From: Macrostomum lignano
Taxonomy: Eukaryota
NCBI GenBank assembly: GCA_002269645.1
Contig: NIVC01000037.1
Location: 744,001 to 808,000 of the forward strand
DNA length: 64,000 nucleotides
Reading direction: 5' to 3'
Below the pieces are notes generated by a model, which worked only from the letters and a program-made list of their open reading frames with translations, had not been told where the DNA came from and ran no database searches. Numbering within the stretch: position 1 is the first letter of the stretch; every line of letters starts with the position of its first letter. A program made the position numbers and the translations under genes. Positions 1-13,295 of this stretch are shown piece by piece.

Positions 1-3000
1 CGATTGGTTGGCGGCTGCCCGCCGTTTGTGCGCATTCTACAGCCCGCCAACAACCGGAGCTACCGCTGCCTCATTCGTGACAATGCCGCTCAGTTGGCGC
101 CACGCTGCTGACGCTTATCTAACTGGCATTGAGCTCATTCAGCTGATGGCCAAATTGCCAGATTCCAATGAGCTGCACAAATGTGTCATCAGCCTGGTTG
201 CCAATCTGTCAGCTTACGTGCGCAATCGGCTAATGTCTGCACCTAGCCTATTGGTTAACACGTGCGCCAGATACGCGCCAGGACTGATTGGCGCGCTAAC
301 AGCCTCGGAGCGCGGCGAGGAAGCTTTAGAGGCGTGTAACGCCAAGCAGCTGCTGCTAGATCTCGTGTCCGACCAGGCGCATTCCTATTTTCCCAAACTG
401 GTTAGTACAATTCTTGTTTGATCACACGTTGCGATGCTGATATTTGGGACAGAGTGTCAGGGGCACTGACACTGTCAGGGGCAGTGTCATGGCGCTAAAA
501 TGAGTGTCAGGGGACGCTAAACCGGGTATCAGGTGTAAGTGGAGCTAAGAGCTGTACTGTGGCGCTAAAATGAGTTGTCAGGGACGCCAAAATGATTGTC
601 AGGAAGAGCTAAAATGGTTATCAGGGGTGGAGCTAAGATGTACTCTGTGTCACCAAAATGAGTTTTCAGGGGCGCAAGAATGAGTGTCGGGGGGGGGGCC
701 GCTAAAGTGGGTATCGGGGGAGTGGAGCAAAGATCTGTACTGCAGCGCTAACATGAATGTCAGGGGGGCGCTAAAGTGGGTATCGGGGGAGTGGAGCAAA
801 GATCTGTACTGCAGCGCTAACATGAATGTCAGGGGGGGGGGCGCTAAAGTGGGTATCGGGGGAGTGGAGCAAAGATCTGTACTGCAGCGCTAACATGAAT
901 GTCAGGGGGGCGCTAAAGTGGGTATCGGGGGAGTGGAGCAAAGATCTGTACTGCAGCGCTAACATGTATGTCAGGGGGGGCGCTAAACTGGGTATCGGGG
1001 GAGTGGAGCAAAGATCTGTACTGCAGCGCTAACATGTATGTCAGGGGGGGCGCTAAACTGGGTATCGGGGAGTGGAGCAAAGATCTGTACTGCAGCGCTA
1101 ACATGTATGTCAGGGGGGCGCTAAACTGGGTATCGGGGGAGTGGAGCTAAGATCTGTGCTGCGGCGCCAAAATGAGTGTCATACTGTAATCATGAGTGTC
1201 CCACTGCCCCCACTGCGCAGGTTCTGGCTAGCATAGACTACACTAGAAATGGCGGATTCGGCCGTCTACTGCTATCTAAAGCGTTAAGCAGCGGCGACGA
1301 AGACTGCCGACTGTATGCCACCCGGTTCACGACTGTCCTGTTGCGCGCCGATATGCCGTTCTTTGCCAACTGGGGCATCGAGCTGCTTGTCAAACAGCTG
1401 TACGACACTGATCCGACCGTGTGCCAGACAGCCCTAGCCGTGCTAGAAGAGGCCTGCGAATTAGAAGTAAATAAAAATATACTAGTACGCCTTAGACCAG
1501 CCGCTGTGCACCTTGGCGATCAAGGCGCTGTGTTTATTGCTAAACTGTGCGGCTTCAGCTTAGGCTTCCGAGTACTGCAAGAGTCCAATTGGTTTCAGCA
1601 GCATTTTGATCTTTGGTGCGACCGATTGTGCAACAGCTATCCTATGCTAGTCGAACAGACGCTGACCGAAGCGCTCACTGGCTATGAGATACCGCCGCCA
1701 GGGCAGGACTTTGTGAGGGCCTCGTCTCGGCCAAAATCTGCGCCAAGGTAGTAGCGTAAATTAATTGCTTGCTGAAAGTTAAGCAGAACTAGTAGTGGTT
1801 AGTTCCCAGCTACACTCGTAAATAAGCTTGCGTAACTCATTCACCCTAGGGAGTTTCCACACCCAAGAACACAAATTATTTTCACGCATCCGCAGGCGCG
1901 TCCTGTTGCCAACGCATCTATTCGGTCAGCTGGCTTTACATAAAGAGGGCTTCGATTTTTTGCGCAATCAATCGTGCGTGCGAAAATCGATCGATCTAGT
2001 CTACCAGCTGCTGCAGCCTGGCCAGAGATTCGATACTGAAGCTGAAATTATCGCTGCCAAGGCCGCAGTGTGGTCCCTTGGCCATATTGGCAGCACATCC
2101 TGGGGCCTGCCACTATTAGAACAGGAGCGAGTAGCGCCCGCACTGGCTATGCTAGCTGAACAATGTCCCGTGCTATCTGTACGCGGCGCCTGTTTCTGGT
2201 CTCTTTGCTTAGTAGCGGCTACAGAGCGTGGCTGCGATCTGCTTGCCGACCTGGGCTGGGAGGCACTCCGCAGCAATCGCAGTCAGCTCTATCCTGTTGT
2301 ACTGCCTAGGCCAGATCAGCTGTTACTGCCAGCTTCTGTTAGTCCGCCAACGACAGAATCTGTTGCGGATAGCTGGCGCCTATCGCAGGATTCAGTTATA
2401 GCCAATGGCAGTCGGACTAGCTCTGTCGGCACAGCGGACGGTATATTAGTAAGTTTGTTTTATTGGATATTTTGAGGAGCAAGGTTTCAATCCGTGCACC
2501 TACCTAATCACTTGGCAACCATTGTTATCTTATCTTGATCGCAACCCAGGGCCGGCCGCACTCTCTATCAGCTGCATCTGGCGGGCAATATCATTTGCAC
2601 GTGTCTTCGGTCAAACAGCAGCACCAGACTCGAATTCATCAAAGCAGCGATTTGGTTCGAAAAACTCGCAGCATCAGCGCTAGCGAATGCGACGGCGTCT
2701 CTATTAAAATTGTTAGCAGCGGAGAACACTCGGACGGACTATCTGCCGATGCTCCCAGTGCCGTTGTGGTAGCAGCCGCTGCGGCCGCTGTTACTGCCGG
2801 ATCTACCGCTGCTAACCAGCAGTTGGCTCTGCCCAGCTCAGTTTCCACCTGGACTGGCGGTACCGTTCGGGCTCTCCAACAGCAACGAGTAGCTCTGACC
2901 CTAGCGGCCAACTCGCCGTCATTGAGCGCTCTTGACTCTGCCGCCGTCGGCAGTTCGACATTGTCTCTGACTGGCGGCCTGCGCGGCTGCGGCGGTCACA

Positions 3001-3710
3001 AGTCAGCTGCCGCTCTCACTAAACGATGCGGCGCCACAGCTGGCGTGCTTTACCAATGCCTAGCCCTGCCTATCGATCCGATTTGCGTCACTCTTTGCGA
3101 CTGCGGCTGCGACAACGAATTGCCAGCAGCAGCAACATCAGAAGCATCTGATCAAAGTTTGTCAACGCCGACTAATAATAATACGAATGGCGACGCTGCC
3201 GGTGTTGCATCAGCCTCGGCAGCTTCCGACGGCACCAGCGGCTACGCTAGCCGGTCGGACTCGAAGCCTCATCTCAACGACACCTACGGCTGCAATGGCC
3301 GGAGCGGCAGTGTCGCAGACGTGGACTCTACAAATGGCAGCAGCGGCTCCGGCTTGGAATTGCACACCGAAGAGTCCTGCATTGCCTGCAGTTTGTTAGC
3401 TTACCGCGGACTTCCAGTACCGCCAGCTATGGAACTATTAGCTGACTCGGCCGCCTCGGTTGCATGGATTCGCAGGGAAACAGTCCGGCTAGTTGGCCAG
3501 CTGGCCTGCCATGTCAATCAGTCGCGAAACGAGTCCGCCCTCATCCAATTAAAAGCTCGTCGGCCAGCCGCGTTCAGTCAGGACCTGTGTCTGTACTCTG
3601 AGGTGGCCCTAGTCCTGGCTAAGCATCCCTATTCTAGACGATCGCGCGCCTTTGTCCAGGACCTATTTGCTGACTCGGCATTCGACATTGTGAGTCTCTT
3701 GATTGGGTAG
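1..3710 (+). CDS. RICTOR: Rapamycin-insensitive companion of mTOR, 3' part (5' end outside window); exons <1-400, 1221-1747, 1896-2448, 2550-3689 (or read-on to TAG at 3710)
   Basis: Phase-consistent GT-AG joins FPKL|VLASIDY, APR|RVLLPTHLFGQL and GIL|GRPH. Motifs CRLYATRF..LLRADMPFFANWGIELLVKQL, AAVWSLGHIGSTSWG and VLSVRGACF match RICTOR. The C-terminal H-x4-C-x2-C...DLCLYSEV zinc-site pattern is present. Whether GTGAGT at 3690 is used to reach a short terminal exon is unresolved. Confidence 0.93.
455..1190. repeat. ~69-73 bp minisatellite in RICTOR intron (GCTAAAGTGGGTATCGGGGGAGTGGAGCAAAGATCTGTACTGCAGCGCTAACATGAATGTCAGGGGGGC)
   Basis: Near-identical units start at 701, 770, 843, 912 and 982 and differ mainly in G-run length; degenerate units extend towards the donor site. 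Confidence 0.9.
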
Positions 3711-4479
3711 TGTTTGTTTGCAGTCAGCTTTATATATTAATTATTATTAATGAAAGCTAACTGGAACAAAAATTCCCATTTCAGCTGTACTCGATCCCAA
3801 CGGCTAATTGACAGTGTTAAGGAAACCCTTTTTATATCAGACATTTCAGAGTACAAATAACTGCTATTTTGGCTTTTATCGCTCATATAGATTTGGCCTT
3901 TATGACCCGTGAAAAAAGAAATTTTTAGTGTCTGCGCACTAACAAGCTTTACTAACTGTATTTTTATGTGTAAAGCTATAATTATTGAATAGTTTGTCAA
4001 ATTTCTATAGAGCATAATATAATATTGATTATGTTATTTACTAGGATTCTGTAAACGTGATTGTGCAATGTATAATTTATGATAATGACTGAAAAGTCTT
4101 TTTTTACAGTCAAAAGTTGTAATTCATCCATTCCGTGTAGAATTGTTACCAACTCATCTTTTACAATAATTTTGAAATTTTAAAGCGCGTTGCGGGCATT
4201 CACTAAATGTTTTGACTTCGACTTCATAGGGCTTAAATGTAGTCTATGGTATTAAAGGGATTGATTAAGTGCCCGCCGCGCAAAAAAAGGTCATGGTACA
4301 ATATTTACCATAGACAGTCTCTCTGCGGTCATGAAACCCGTTTCGTAGACCTTTGCATCGCTGAATCAATTGGCTTTTGGCCATAGACCAGTCTCAGTTT
4401 GAACCTCTGTTTCAATTCTATAGACAGACTGACAGACTGATTCTATTCTATAGAATTGGGAGCAATATCGATTAAGGGG

Positions 4480-4659
4480 CCGTATGCAGAAAGCTCTGTC
4501 TAGGGTAGTCCGGTCTTGAAAAGCTAGTCTGGACTTGGATTTGGTATGCAGAAACGCAAAGTTAGACCAGTCTACTATAGCAGAACTAGGCTAGCTAGAC
4601 CATAGACTGAACTACACAAGTCCGGACTAGCTAGTCTGGACTAGGCTTTCTGCATACGG
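4480..4659. mobile_element. MITE-like element, 180 bp, with perfect 15-bp inverted repeats
   Basis: CCGTATGCAGAAAGC (4480-4494) and GCTTTCTGCATACGG (4645-4659); internal palindromic CTAG/AGCT motifs; no clear target site duplication. Confidence 0.6.
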
Positions 4660-5623
4660 TAAAAGATATTCTCAGAGTCAGTTTTGTCACTATTTATAAT
4701 TTAAAATTGCCTACCTATTTATTTCTCCCATTTGTATGAGAAACGTTTTTGTAACAAAAAATTTATTCCGATTGAGCCATAGTCTGTTTAGTGGTGTGCT
4801 TTAAGACGAATTAATCAAATGTTCCCAGCATTGATTTCCTTTATTGTGCGTTTTTTTGCTAAATATGTCTGGAAGGTTTTACCTGTGATACAGCAGCCAC
4901 CAAAGACAGTTATTTACCCTCGTCATTGTGTAAAATTTATTTATTAGCCAAATATCCTACTGGCTAAAATTGCCAGTTTTGCTAATTCACTTTCAAAACG
5001 CACACACATTGCATTACTGTTGAGTAGTGTCGCTTCTTAGGCATTAGAATTTGCTGGTAGTGTAATTTTAAAGTGCACTTCATTGCGCATCATGATTTGT
5101 GTTAATAAATTGTAACAAAGAGAGATAATTGGTTATTTATTGTGTTCGCCTTTCACTAAAGTTGTGGAGATTTTATTTGCTTTCTAATTAGTTCACTAAT
5201 AACCTCAAGTTTAGTAATAGTCGAAAAGATGACAATAGTTTCTGAAGTTTATTACTTCATATACCAATCTCTACGCTTCATATTTTTTTGCCTCAAACCA
5301 CGAACTCGCTCTTTCTCTCTGTCCTTTACAGTCACGAAACATTTATAAATCTTTCGCTAGTCTGTCGTACATTTCTTTGTATTTCATTTTTATCATATAT
5401 AACTGCATGAGCTTCAACATCAACTCCATAATCCCTAGGCTGGTTCATTAACAATATCAGAACTACTTTTATTGGTATATATCACTTAGAATTTCTACCA
5501 CGGTGTCTAAGGAATGAGCACACTATCCAAAAGTTGAGGTTAAAGTATCGCACTTTGAGCTACTTGATAAGTAGTAGCATGTGCATTTAATGCCTCTTCC
5601 TATCCAACAAATTTCAGCCCAGA

Positions 5624-6154
5624 ATGACCGAGGCCAAAGACAAGACAAATGTGATGCGGGACATCCGCATTGCTAAGCTTTGCCTAAACATCTGCGTTGG
5701 CGAGTCTGGAGACAGACTGACCAGGGCCGCCAAAGTGCTGGAGCAGCTCACCAACCAGCAGCCGGTGTACAGCAAAGCACGGCTCACCGTCCGCTCGTTC
5801 GCCATCAGGCGCAACGAACGAATCGCTGTCCACTGCACCGTTCGAGGAGACAAAGCGAAGGACATCCTGGAGCGAGGCCTGAAAGTAAAAGAATATGAAC
5901 TGCCCAGGTCCTGCTTCGCTGCGAATGGAAACTTCGGCTTCGGAATTAATGAGCACATTGACCTCGGCATCAAGTACGATCCCAGTATCGGCATCTTTGG
6001 CATGGATTACTACGTTGTGCTGCAGCGCACCGGTAACCGGGTGCAGTACCGGCGTCGCAAGCGAAACCGCGTCGGCCCCAAGCAGCACATCGCTCGCGAG
6101 GAGGCCATCAAGTGGTTCCAAACCACCTATGACGGCGTCATCATGAACCGCTGA
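5624..6154 (+). CDS. RPL11: 60S ribosomal protein L11 (uL5), copy A, uninterrupted 176-aa CDS
   Basis: [52 protein letters not shown]; full length; acceptor-like TTTCAG ends at 5617. Confidence 0.98.
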   Translation: MTEAKDKTNVMRDIRIAKLCLNICVGESGDRLTRAAKVLEQLTNQQPVYSKARLTVRSFAIRRNERIAVHCTVRGDKAKDILERGLKVKEYELPRSCFAANGNFGFGINEHIDLGIKYDPSIGIFGMDYYVVLQRTGNRVQYRRRKRNRVGPKQHIAREEAIKWFQTTYDGVIMNR

Positions 6155-7059
6155 TTGATTGGTGACGGACTTTGTCTGAACTGTAGTCCTTCTGGTTTGA
6201 GGTTTTGCACTGTGTTTCGATATCAGTGTAGAAATAGTGGAGCTAATAAAAAGGTTTTTTAGAGAGATTAAACGCGCAGTCAAAAGTCTGACATTCAGAA
6301 GTTCTTTTCTGAAAGGAGGACAATCTCAGAATGACTCGCTTTAATAATAATAACTAAGAGAGACAATGATGGGCGCACAGAACGGGAGGGTACGGTGCTA
6401 GAAGAGTGCTGGCGCGCAGCGCAGTCAAGAGAAAAATCGATATGAGCATGAATCATGCAACAAGCCTCCATCTCAGAGTCGGAATTCCAAAGCACTCATT
6501 TAATGACCTGTTCGAAAATAAAATTGGGCTGAAGACTTCTAGAATTTGGCCCTTTATGGGCTTTTGCGTCGCTAGTTGCTTTGTTTCTATTGCTTTGAGT
6601 TTAGCACTTGGCCATTGTGCGGTTCCAGACTAATTGCAAATGTCAGCGTCATTATGTTTATGAGCCGCCAATAATTTGAGAAGAGATTTTTTCCGCATCT
6701 AACTGTAATTGCGAGCGGAATAAAACTGTACTCACTCGTGCTAACTGCTGGAATTTTGGCCTTTTGTCGGGTTCAGAGATTATTTGACATCCTAATTTGG
6801 AATTCGATACTCTCTGTTCGGCTTTTGTGTTTCAAGTTGTTTTCTTTCTATTGCCTTAAGTTTTGGAGCATTATTTTAAACAATTAATCACCCGTCTTTA
6901 TTCCCTATCACTGCTCTATCAGGTGTACCCAAATCTCTCTGCCAATAGATCTTCCAATAAGTCACTGCCATGCAATAGAACTGGCGGACTTTGAGATACC
7001 CAACAAGTAATATCATATGCACTTAATGCCTCTTCCTATCCAACAAATTTCAGCCCAGA

Positions 7060-7590
7060 ATGACCGAGGCCAAAGACAAGACAAATGTGATGCGGGACAT
7101 CCGCATTGCTAAGCTTTGCCTAAACATCTGCGTTGGCGAGTCTGGAGACAGACTGACCAGGGCCGCCAAAGTGCTGGAGCAGCTCACCAACCAGCAGCCG
7201 GTGTACAGCAAAGCACGGCTCACCGTCCGCTCGTTCGCCATCAGGCGCAACGAACGAATTGCTGTCCATTGCACCGTTCGAGGAGACAAAGCGAAGGACA
7301 TCCTGGAGCGAGGCCTGAAAGTAAAGGAATATGAACTGCCCAGGTCCTGCTTCGCTGCGAATGGAAACTTTGGCTTCGGAATCAATGAGCACATTGACCT
7401 CGGCATCAAGTACGATCCCAGTATCGGAATCTTTGGCATGGATTACTACGTTGTGCTGCAGCGCACCGGTAACCGGGTGCAGTACCGGCGTCGCAAGCAA
7501 AACCGCGTCGGCCCCAAGCAGCACATCGCTCGCGAGGAGGCCATCAAGTGGTTCCAAACCACCTATGACGGCGTCATCATGAACCGCTGA
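7060..7590 (+). CDS. RPL11: 60S ribosomal protein L11 (uL5), copy B, 176 aa
   Basis: Differs from copy A at 7 nt by manual comparison (6 synonymous, plus R147Q). Confidence 0.98.
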   Translation: MTEAKDKTNVMRDIRIAKLCLNICVGESGDRLTRAAKVLEQLTNQQPVYSKARLTVRSFAIRRNERIAVHCTVRGDKAKDILERGLKVKEYELPRSCFAANGNFGFGINEHIDLGIKYDPSIGIFGMDYYVVLQRTGNRVQYRRRKQNRVGPKQHIAREEAIKWFQTTYDGVIMNR

Positions 7591-7797
7591 TTGATTGATG
7601 ACAGACTGACTGAACGTTAGCCACTGCGGCCCCTTTGGTTTGAGGCTTCGTGCTGTTTGTTGACAACAAAAAGAATGATTTGTTTAGCAGCTACATTATG
7701 GAGGCTGCTTTCCTGGAATTTCACCAGTTTTGCTTTGTTACTTTTTATGGCCTCTAGGCAATAGACGGGTTAATTAGACCGCATTTGCACTAAGAGA

Positions 7798-8345
7798 TCA
7801 CTGCCATCAGTGTGCCCAATCACTGCTATCAGTGTGCCCAATCACTGCCATCAGTGTGCCCAATCACTGCTATCAGTGTGCCCAATCACTGCCATCAGTG
7901 TGCCCAATCACTGCTATCAGTGTGCCCAATCACTGCTATCAGTGTGCCCAATCACTGCCATCAGTGTGCCCAATCACTGCTATCAGTGTGCCCAATCACT
8001 GCCATCAGTGTGCCCAATCACTGCTATCAGTGTGCCCAATCACTGCTATCAGTGTGCCCAATCACTGCCATCAGTGTGCCCAATCACTGCCATCAGTGTG
8101 CCCAATCACTGCTATCAGTGTGCCCAATCACTGCTATCAGTGTGCCCAATCACTGCTATCAGTGTGCCCAATCACTGCCATCAGTGTGCCCAATCACTGC
8201 TATCAGTGTGCCCAATCACTGCCATCAGTGTGCCCAATCACTGCCATCACTTTGCCCAATCACTGCTATCAGTGTGCCCAATCACTGCCATCAGTGTGCC
8301 CAATCACTGCCATCACTTTGCCCAATCACTATACTCAATCAGTGT
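7798..8345. repeat. 22-bp minisatellite TCAGTGTGCCCAATCACTGC(C/T)A, about 25 units, intergenic
   Basis: Period 22 (7861 to 7883); C/T variant at one position; CAGTG/CACTG inverted pair within each unit. Confidence 0.95.
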
Positions 8346-8503
8346 GTCAAATAACTCTGCCTTGATAACCCTCAAATCTTAGACAAATCCAGTTGTATTA
8401 TCATTAAAAAGACAGTATTTTGAATTCATTATTGATACAAGCGCCAATGCACTATAATGTGCATGCTGTAATCTTCATCAACGTAGTATAATTACAATTA
8501 ATA

Positions 8504-11500
8504 ATGTCGCAGCACGCCTTGCCAGTACTGTTTATTAACATGGGCGGCGAGATGCTCTACATCCTTGATCAAAGACTGCGCGCTCAAAAGATTGATAACG
8601 AAAAGGCGCGCAAGGTGCTTAACGATATTGTTGGCACAATGTTTAACAAGCGCTTCATGGAGGAGCTATTTAGACCGCAGGAGCTGTTCACCCGCAATAG
8701 TCTGCGCGTCCTGTTCGATCGTCTGGCACACGCGTCCATCATGCGCCTAAATTCGGCTAGCATGGACAAGCTGTACGATCTAATGACTATGGCAGTCAAG
8801 TTCCAGGTGTACATGGCTGAGCGACCGCGCGACCTGTTAATGGTGTGCCTGAATCACCTGGACTGGGTGGCCAAGCAGTTGCAGGGCGAGGACAGCCCGG
8901 CTAAGCAGGCCCTAGTTTGCACCTACAAGCTGCTGGCTTTGCTGGATAAACAGCTGGGCTACGGTAACTGGCAGGCCATGCGGCACTGTCTGATGAATTT
9001 CTTTCAGGTGAGACTGATTGTCTGCTAGTTTGCAGGTCAGGCCTATTCCCGTTGTAAACAACTAATTAGCGTCTCTGGTCCGACTCTTGTGACTTTTTAA
9101 CGTTTCAAACGGCTATAATGCGACGGAGAGATACGAATCTACGGCCCCAGAGTCATGAAAGAAGCGCCCCGTTTCAGAGGAAACGCCTCAAATTGACTCT
9201 TTGGGGAATCTTCGACGACTTGTACCTTGACATCTGGTCGTTTGAATCTAAAAATACGGGTAGTTAGCTAGACCATTCACATCTTTTACATTTCATCCAC
9301 TAATTTATTCCATTTCCACCCATAGGACACGCACACTCGAGTGTCAATCTTTCTGAAGGAGGGCACGCAGGACAATTCTGGCCGATTTCGCCTGCCATTC
9401 GGCGGTCCCCTGCCAGCTGGCTTCGCTAAGCTGGGAAATGTGCAGCTGTACACCAATAGGGGCAAGCCGCTGCAGCCGGCCAGCTTCTCCGTCAAGCAGT
9501 TCAACGGTCAGAGTCGCGAAGGCTCGGCTGATATGCGAGGCGATCGGGGCACTTCGCTGGGCTGCAATATGTACGCTGGCGGGCAGGTGGACACCTCGGC
9601 GCCGCCGACGCAGCAGCCGACTGGCTCGGAGTCCCGGCAGCAGCAGAAACAGCAGCAGCGCAGCAAAGGAGCCCCGACGCCTCAACTGGTTGCGGCCCCA
9701 TCCGATCTGGATAGTTATCAGGTTATTGGCGTGTTTGAATTCCAGCTGTAGCTTGTCACTGATGTAGCTTGTCACTGATGCAGCTTGTCACTGATGTAGC
9801 TTGTCACTGATGCAGCTTGTCACTGATGTAGCTTGTCATTGATGTAGCTTGTCACTGATGCAGCTTGTCACTGATGTAGCTTGTCACTGATGTAGCTTGT
9901 CACTGATGCAGCTTGTCACTGATGCAGCTTGTCACTGATGCAGCTTGTCACTGATGTAGCTTGTCACTGATGTAGCTTGTCACTGATGCAGCTTGTCATT
10001 GATGTAGCTTGTCACTGATGCAGCTTGTCACTGATGTAGCTTGTCACTGATGCAGCTTGTCACTGATGCAGCTTGTCACTGATGTAGCTTGTCACTGATG
10101 TAGCTTGTCACTGATGCAGCTTGTCACTGATGTAGCTTGTCACTGATGTAGCTTGTCACTGATGCAGCTTGTCACTGATGTAGCTTGTCACTGATGTAGC
10201 TTGTCACTGATGTAGCTTGTCCCTGATGTAGCTTGTCACTGATGCAGCTTGTCACCGACGTAGATGTCACTGATGTAGCTTGTCACTGATGTAGATGTCA
10301 TTGATGTAGCTTGTCACTGATGCAGCTTGTCACTGATGTAGCTTGTCACTGATGTAGCTTGTCACTGATGCAGCTTGTCACTGATGTAGCTTGTCATTGA
10401 TGCAGCTTGTCACTGATGCAGCTTGTCACTGATGTAGATGTCATTGATGTAGCTTGTCACTGATGCAGCTTGTCACTGATGTAGCTTGTCACTGATGCAG
10501 CTTGTCACTGATGTAGCTTGTCACTGATGCAGCTTGTCACTGATGCAGCTTGTCACTGATGTAGCTTGTCACTGATGTAGCTTGTCACTGATGCAGCTTG
10601 TCACTGATGCAGCTTGTCACTGATGCAGCTTTTCACTGATGCAGCTTGTCACTGATGTAGATGTCACTGATGCAGCTTGTCACTGATGTAGCTTGTCACT
10701 GATGCAGCTTGTCACTGATGCAGCTTGTCACTGATGTAGCTTGTCAGTCACTTATGTAGTCAGTCACTGATACAACTGACAATACACTAAAACAACGGTA
10801 TCGCATGTGACCCTCCAATGTGACGGTCAAATTAATGGTCACACATTATAAATACTTTGTTTTCTACGTTTGTGTTTTTCTTAAATTAACCAAACATACA
10901 ATGTATACACACAGAGGTCACATTGACGGTCAGGTGAATTACCATCTATTTGACGGTCACAAGTGTAACAGGTAGTGTCACATTTTTGACGGTGACCAAA
11001 AAAATTGTGACTGTGCTGCAAATTTTTGTAGCAGAACAAAAAGGCCGCCAACGTATAGTGGCAGATCATTCAGTGTTGATTAGACAGTAACAGCTTTTAG
11101 AATAATATTTAGCTATCAAATAATGTTTTTGTCCAATTTCTGTCAGACGGACCCCAACGCGGCCGCCCAGTTGGACCTGCTGGCCCAGCTGATCGGCTCC
11201 GGGCCCAGACGGTCCGGCGCGTCCGGCTTCCGGCTGAATCTGTTCCGCAACGACGCCGAAGAGGAGGAGGCCGAGTCCGTCGTCGCCGCCTCGGCCGGCC
11301 CGACGCCCGGCGCCCGAGATCATCGGGTGTTGAATTTCGACGCCCGAGAGGCCGGCAAAGGCGGTCGCGATCGGCTCAGCCACGTGATGCGCGACCTTCG
11401 ACTGGACGACGACGACGCCGATGATGACGGCGGTGACTACAGCAGAAATCGGCGTGGCGGCCAGGGGCGTACGAGAAGCGGCGGCGGCGGTCAGCGCAAC

Positions 11501-11533
11501 CTGTTGGATCTGATGGACGAGGAAAATGATTAG
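8504..11533 (+). CDS. OSCP1: OSCP1 family protein (organic solute carrier partner 1), 428 aa; exons 8504-9007, 9326-9721, 11147-11533
   Basis: LPVLFINMGGEMLYILDQRLRAQ, LAHASIMRLNSASMDKLYDLMTMAVKFQV, phase-0 join FFQ|DTHTRVSIFLK, and last exon TDPNAAAQLDLLAQLIG. Confidence 0.93.
9747..10745. repeat. 16-bp minisatellite AGCTTGTCACTGATG(C/T), about 62 units, in OSCP1 intron 2
   Basis: Period 16; starts about 25 nt after the donor site at 9722. Confidence 0.96.
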
Positions 11534-12759
11534 TTGCTGAGAGGTCTGGGTTTAATCCGGACTTTTATGATCTGCTCTTTTTTAATATTCAGAACATCTT
11601 TTCGGTGTTTTACGATTTAGAACAGTGCTTTTGTGGCTTTTGCTGTCGTGAATTGAGTTGACATTCTTGAATCAATAATCTCACTTGTTTTGCCTCGTTT
11701 ATATTAACTCTATTGTGTTTAATAGATGATTTTAATTGATATGTAATCGTGAGCAGTTCAATTGGTTTAGAGAACACTGTGCGTTTTCACAAACTCTATG
11801 GATATCTTAGTTTCGGAGAATTATCTATGCTTGTGCTGTCCACTAACAGTTGCAATATCGTGAACCTGGTATTGTGTTTGCTACATATAATAAATATGTA
11901 GATCGATCTTTTTCAACATGAACACTGATCCAGTGGCTTTCAATCAGGTTTTGCCCTTATACTACACTAAAGCTCTCTGTCTAGGTTCTCTTGTTGTCTC
12001 TGAAATCCTACGAGTACAAGAATTTAGTGCCTTAGTGCTATCATCGTGTCACTGTGGAATAGCTTAATTGTAGCTCTAGACACTTTAATGACTAATTGAT
12101 CATAGATATTAATGTTTTGTTAATCACTTTTTATTAGCACGATTCAGGATAAACCGCGATATTCAAGGAGAGTTTCAAGTCCCAATTACAAACTACCCAA
12201 TCATAAAGCATAAGGCTCCATCTCCATTTCGATTTGACTTCGCGTTAATTTTGTTGCCAAAAAAGAACTATTCTATTACCGAAATCCGTCCTGAATTTCG
12301 CATTATAGTAGTATAGTAGTATGACAGACACTTAGCTTAATTATTTCTATGCTTTCTATTATCACGTATTTTTGTTAATTTCACTTCAATACTACTAGGC
12401 TTTGAAAGCGTGATTTTTTTAACTGTGATGCTGTGTGTAACATTCCAGATCTGTGTCGCTGTTTACTATTGAAAGTTCTGTTCATTTTTATATAATTTTT
12501 TTTTACTTTGTTTTAGCTTATTAAAGCCGCTCTAGATGCACTCTAGATGTTGTTTGTTTAAATTCAATAATAGCCGTCTTCTGCTGTGTTCTTTATTTCT
12601 CTTTTGTGTATATTTCCCTAGTTTTAAAAAACACAGTATTGCCATGAAATAGGAATGAGAGGGCTCAGATAGCTAGAGTTGGCCAACATTTTTTAGCAAG
12701 ACTGCTTGCCAATTTTGTATTTTGAAAAAATCTAACACCTAAGCAGTACCTGCGACAGA

Positions 12760-12828
12760 CTGGCAGGCAGACAGACAGACAGACAGACAGACAGATAGAC
12801 AGACAGATAGACAGACAGACAGACAGAC

Positions 12829-12915
<87 letters not shown>

Positions 12916-12948
12916 TAGACAGACAGACAGATAGATAGATAGACAGAC

Positions 12949-12983
<35 letters not shown>

Positions 12984-12997
12984 TAGACAGACAGACC

Positions 12998-13037
<40 letters not shown>

Positions 13038-13106
13038 CAGACAGACAGATAGACAGACAGACAGACAGGCAGACAGACAGGCAGACAGACAGGCAGACAG
13101 ACAGGC

Positions 13107-13139
<33 letters not shown>

Positions 13140-13192
13140 GGCAGACAGACAGACAGGCAGACAGACAGACAGATAGGCAGACAGACAGACAC
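12760..13192. repeat. (GACA)n microsatellite with GATA/GGCA variants directly upstream of RPL27 copy A
   Basis: Seen directly. Confidence 0.96.
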
Positions 13193-13295
13193 ACTGGGAA
13201 AATTAGTAGAGAAAATCGCACCTGGGCTTCCGTATCCTGTCCCAAGTTGCGCACCGATCCACCTCCACCTTGCAGACCTGCTCCCCGCAGCAATA

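Noticed and set aside
684-1150. Repetitive ORFs in the RICTOR region
   Set aside because: They lie inside the intron defined by the in-phase 400/1221 splice.
5614-7582. Antisense and alternate-frame ORFs over RPL11 (likewise over RPL27 and UBE2C)
   Set aside because: Shadow frames of GC-rich coding sequence with no independent signals.
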